DNA of 64,000 bases, from contig CM075983.1 in NCBI GenBank assembly GCA_038087875.1, positions 20,150,001 through 20,214,000 on the forward strand, written 5' to 3'. Shown piece by piece: positions 61,251 to 64,000 of the stretch. A program made the translations under genes and the position numbers. Positions within the stretch are counted from its first letter, which is position 1. Each line of letters opens with the position of its first letter. This DNA comes from Malacoraja senta. Its lineage: Eukaryota. The notes below the pieces were generated by a model. It saw nothing but the letters and a program-made list of their open reading frames with translations. It had not been told where the DNA came from and ran no database searches.

Positions 61251-63680
61251 GTTTGCACTCGTTGTGCTGTCACTCATGCCATAAACATGAATACTTTCAT
61301 ACTGAGCTTGACCAAAGGTAAAGACACACTTGATGACCATCACGAAGTAGTTTCAGTACCACACTTACATCCCAGATTGTCACGTACCTAGGTTTCGGTG
61401 GTTTGGAATTAAAGATTCCTTTCATTAGTCTGGAAACAATTGGGTGTGACCCAATTGAGTTTCTTTCTGAATCCAGAACCAAATATGAGGACAATGCACT
61501 TCTGGCTGAATTAATTGCACTACAACTCAGACCTTCATCATAATAAAGTTTTGACAGAAATTCTAAACATTTGAAATATCTGCAGTACTTTATTGCACAT
61601 TCTTTTGTACCCAGAACTCTTCCCATTTCTTAATATAAGAAAGGTACTGTTTCTGAGTGCTCTTCCTCCAGGCTGCCGTAAGCATGTCCACAGTATGCTC
61701 AGACAGTCCTCGTCCCAGAAAAGGCATTCTCAAAACCTGCAAATCAACAAATCCAAACGATCATATAATGGATGTTGTTCCCCTGTACAGGGTGCAGCAA
61801 TAAATTACTATTTTTTGGGACTTTCATCAACATTTGTGTTGTTAATTCTAATATCAACGGATACCATGGCTGTGTAGGCCAATCTGGTACTACCAATACC
61901 CTTGAAGCAGCATCTTGCCTGATTTTAAGCAAACATTGGCTTATGAGGCAGAAAGGTGGAAATATATATGAAAACATACCACCCCAATGTAGCGAGAAAG
62001 CATCAATCGCCACTGCTCCTGGATCTGGTTTCCATGAGACATATCTCGATAGCTGATGATTCAAGTCGATGTCGGTCATTCCAAATCTGATGACTATATC
62101 ATTGAATACCTCTTGATTCAACATCCATTCTTTATTATCATGGAACTTTTCGTGACCTGGTGTCTGCTATCGTTCATTCTACCTGGTAGATAGATAGCTG
62201 AAATCCAAATGTTCTTTTCAATACACCAAGCCCAAAGTTGATTAACCATTTTGTCACAAGACACCGACTTAATTCCATATCATTAATATAAACAACTACT
62301 GTTGTGTTATCAATTTGAACTTGAACATGCTTATTATTTGTGTTAGAACAATAAGCTTGGAGCCCATAGAAACATCCTAGAAGCTCCAAATAGTTAATTC
62401 CCCATGTCTGCAGTAACAATGACTCTTCCTGATTTCATATGCCTCCTCAGCTAGATGTTAAGTCAGTTTGCACTCGTTGTGCTGTCACTCATGCCATAAA
62501 CATGAATACTTTCATACTGAGCTTGACCAAAGGTAAAGACACACTTGATGACCATCACGAAGTAGTTTCAGTACCACACTTACATCCCAGATTGTCACGT
62601 ACCTAGGTTTCGGTGGTTTGGAATTAAAGATTCCTTTCATTAGTCTGGAAACAATTGGGTGTGACCCAATTGAGTTTCTTTCTGAATCCAGAACCAAATA
62701 TGAGGACAATGCACTTCTGGCTGAATTAATTGCACTACAACTCAGACCTTCATCATAATAAAGTTTTGACAGAAATTCTAAACATTTGAAATATCTGCAG
62801 TACTTTATTGCACATTCTTTTGTACCCAGAACTCTTCCCATTTCTTAATATAAGAAAGGTACTGTTTCTGAGTGCTCTTCCTCCAGGCTGCCGTAAGCAT
62901 GTCCACAGTATGCTCAGACAGTCCTCGTCCCAGAAAAGGCATTCTCAAAACCTGCAAATCAACAAATCCAAACGATCATATAATGGATGTTGTTCCCCTG
63001 TACAGGGTGCAGCAATAAATTACTATTTTTTGGGACTTTCATCAACATTTGTGTTGTTAATTCTAATATCAACGGATACCATGGCTGTGTAGGCCAATCT
63101 GGTACTACCAATACCCTTGAAGCAGCATCTTGCCTGATTTTAAGCAAACATTGGCTTATGAGGCAGAAAGGTGGAAATATATATGAAAACATACCACCCC
63201 AATGTAGCGAGAAAGCATCAATCGCCACTGCTCCTGGATCTGGTTTCCATGAGACATATCTCGATAGCTGATGATTCAAGTCGATGTCGGTCATTCCAAA
63301 TCTGATGACTATATCATTGAATACCTCTTGATTCAACATCCATTCTTTATTATCATGGAACTTTTCGTGACCTGGTGTCTGCTATCGTTCATTCTACCTG
63401 GTAGATAGATAGCTGAAATCCAAATGTTCTTTTCAATACACCAAGCCCAAAGTTGATTAACCATTTTGTCACAAGACACCGACTTAATTCCATATCATTA
63501 ATATAAACAACTACTGTTGTGTTATCAATTTGAACTTGAACATGCTTATTATTTGTGTTAGAACAATAAGCTTGGAGCCCATAGAAACATCCTAGAAGCT
63601 CCAAATAGTTAATTCCCCATGTCTGCAGTAACAATGACTCTTCCTGATTTCATATGCCTCCTCAGCTAGATGTTAAGTCA
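61251..63680. repeat. 1215-bp tandem duplication inside the DIRS element
   Basis: Identical ORF translations offset by 1215 nt (61297/62512, 61744/62959, 62174/63389). Confidence 0.95.
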
Positions 63681-64000
63681 GTTGCACCCCATCCTGGTGC
63701 ACTGGCATCAGTTTGTAATATCATGGAAGGTTGTTCAATCAGCACTTTGCTGGAACTGCTTGAGACATGTAGAATCCACCACTGCAGATCAGAAACAGCA
63801 TTTGTTGTTAGTTGCATGGTTCTATCAAAATGACCAACATGCATTCTCGGTGCCTGTTCTTTAAGTCTCTGCAGCTGTTGATAATGTAATGGTCCGAATT
63901 GGACTGCTGGGAATGCTGCTACTAATTTTCCCAGTACACGAGCCACCTGTCTAATTGAAGGTTTTTGCTCGTTTAGGAGATTACTGCAATCTTTAATCAA

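Larger units (their letters stand above)
60251..64000 (-). mobile_element. DIRS1-like tyrosine-recombinase retrotransposon, 3' part, frameshifted
   Basis: RNase H motifs TDAS..GWGA, INYLEL and DNTT. MT-like domain DIDL..., DAF...W, FPPF and VPDWPTQPWY. Tyrosine recombinase SARSALSS, WDVSVVL, TAQRVQTL and HSTR..AAGWS..FY. Terminal repeat and ICR at 60251-60597. Confidence 0.93.

Noticed and set aside
60765-61626. Phage-integrase-like peptides suggesting prophage or contamination
   Set aside because: They are the tyrosine recombinase of a DIRS element, contiguous with RNase H, the MT-like domain and the ICR.

Overview
Vertebrate repeat-dense intergenic or intronic DNA. The HE1-type V-SINEs, CR1, Rex1/Babar and fish-type L1 content point to a cartilaginous fish, probably a skate or ray (inference). 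No host protein-coding exon could be supported. Contents: (i) a cluster of four non-autonomous Helitron-like elements at 1-3461 around an N-gap; (ii) about 15 short Penelope-like (PLE) insertions, many carrying a hammerhead-ribozyme core (CUGAAGA-A-helixII-GAAA-CGUH), often as inverted pairs with a one-sided tail and 11-17 bp TSDs, linked to a decayed Neptune-type GIY-YIG PLE at about 19980-21170; (iii) a young 5'-truncated L1 (42718-48277) with an uninterrupted 1271-aa ORF2, a perfect 15-bp TSD and a T-run where poly(A) is expected; (iv) the 3' part of a DIRS tyrosine-recombinase retrotransposon (60251-64000, minus strand) with its internal complementary region and an apparently exact 1215-bp internal tandem duplication; (v) Harbinger-, Tigger/pogo- and hAT-type MITEs, two solo-LTR-like inserts, and many CR1/RTE/Rex/SINE fragments. 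The most interesting signal is the ribozyme-bearing palindromic mini-PLE family. All calls were made by eye, without alignment or folding software.
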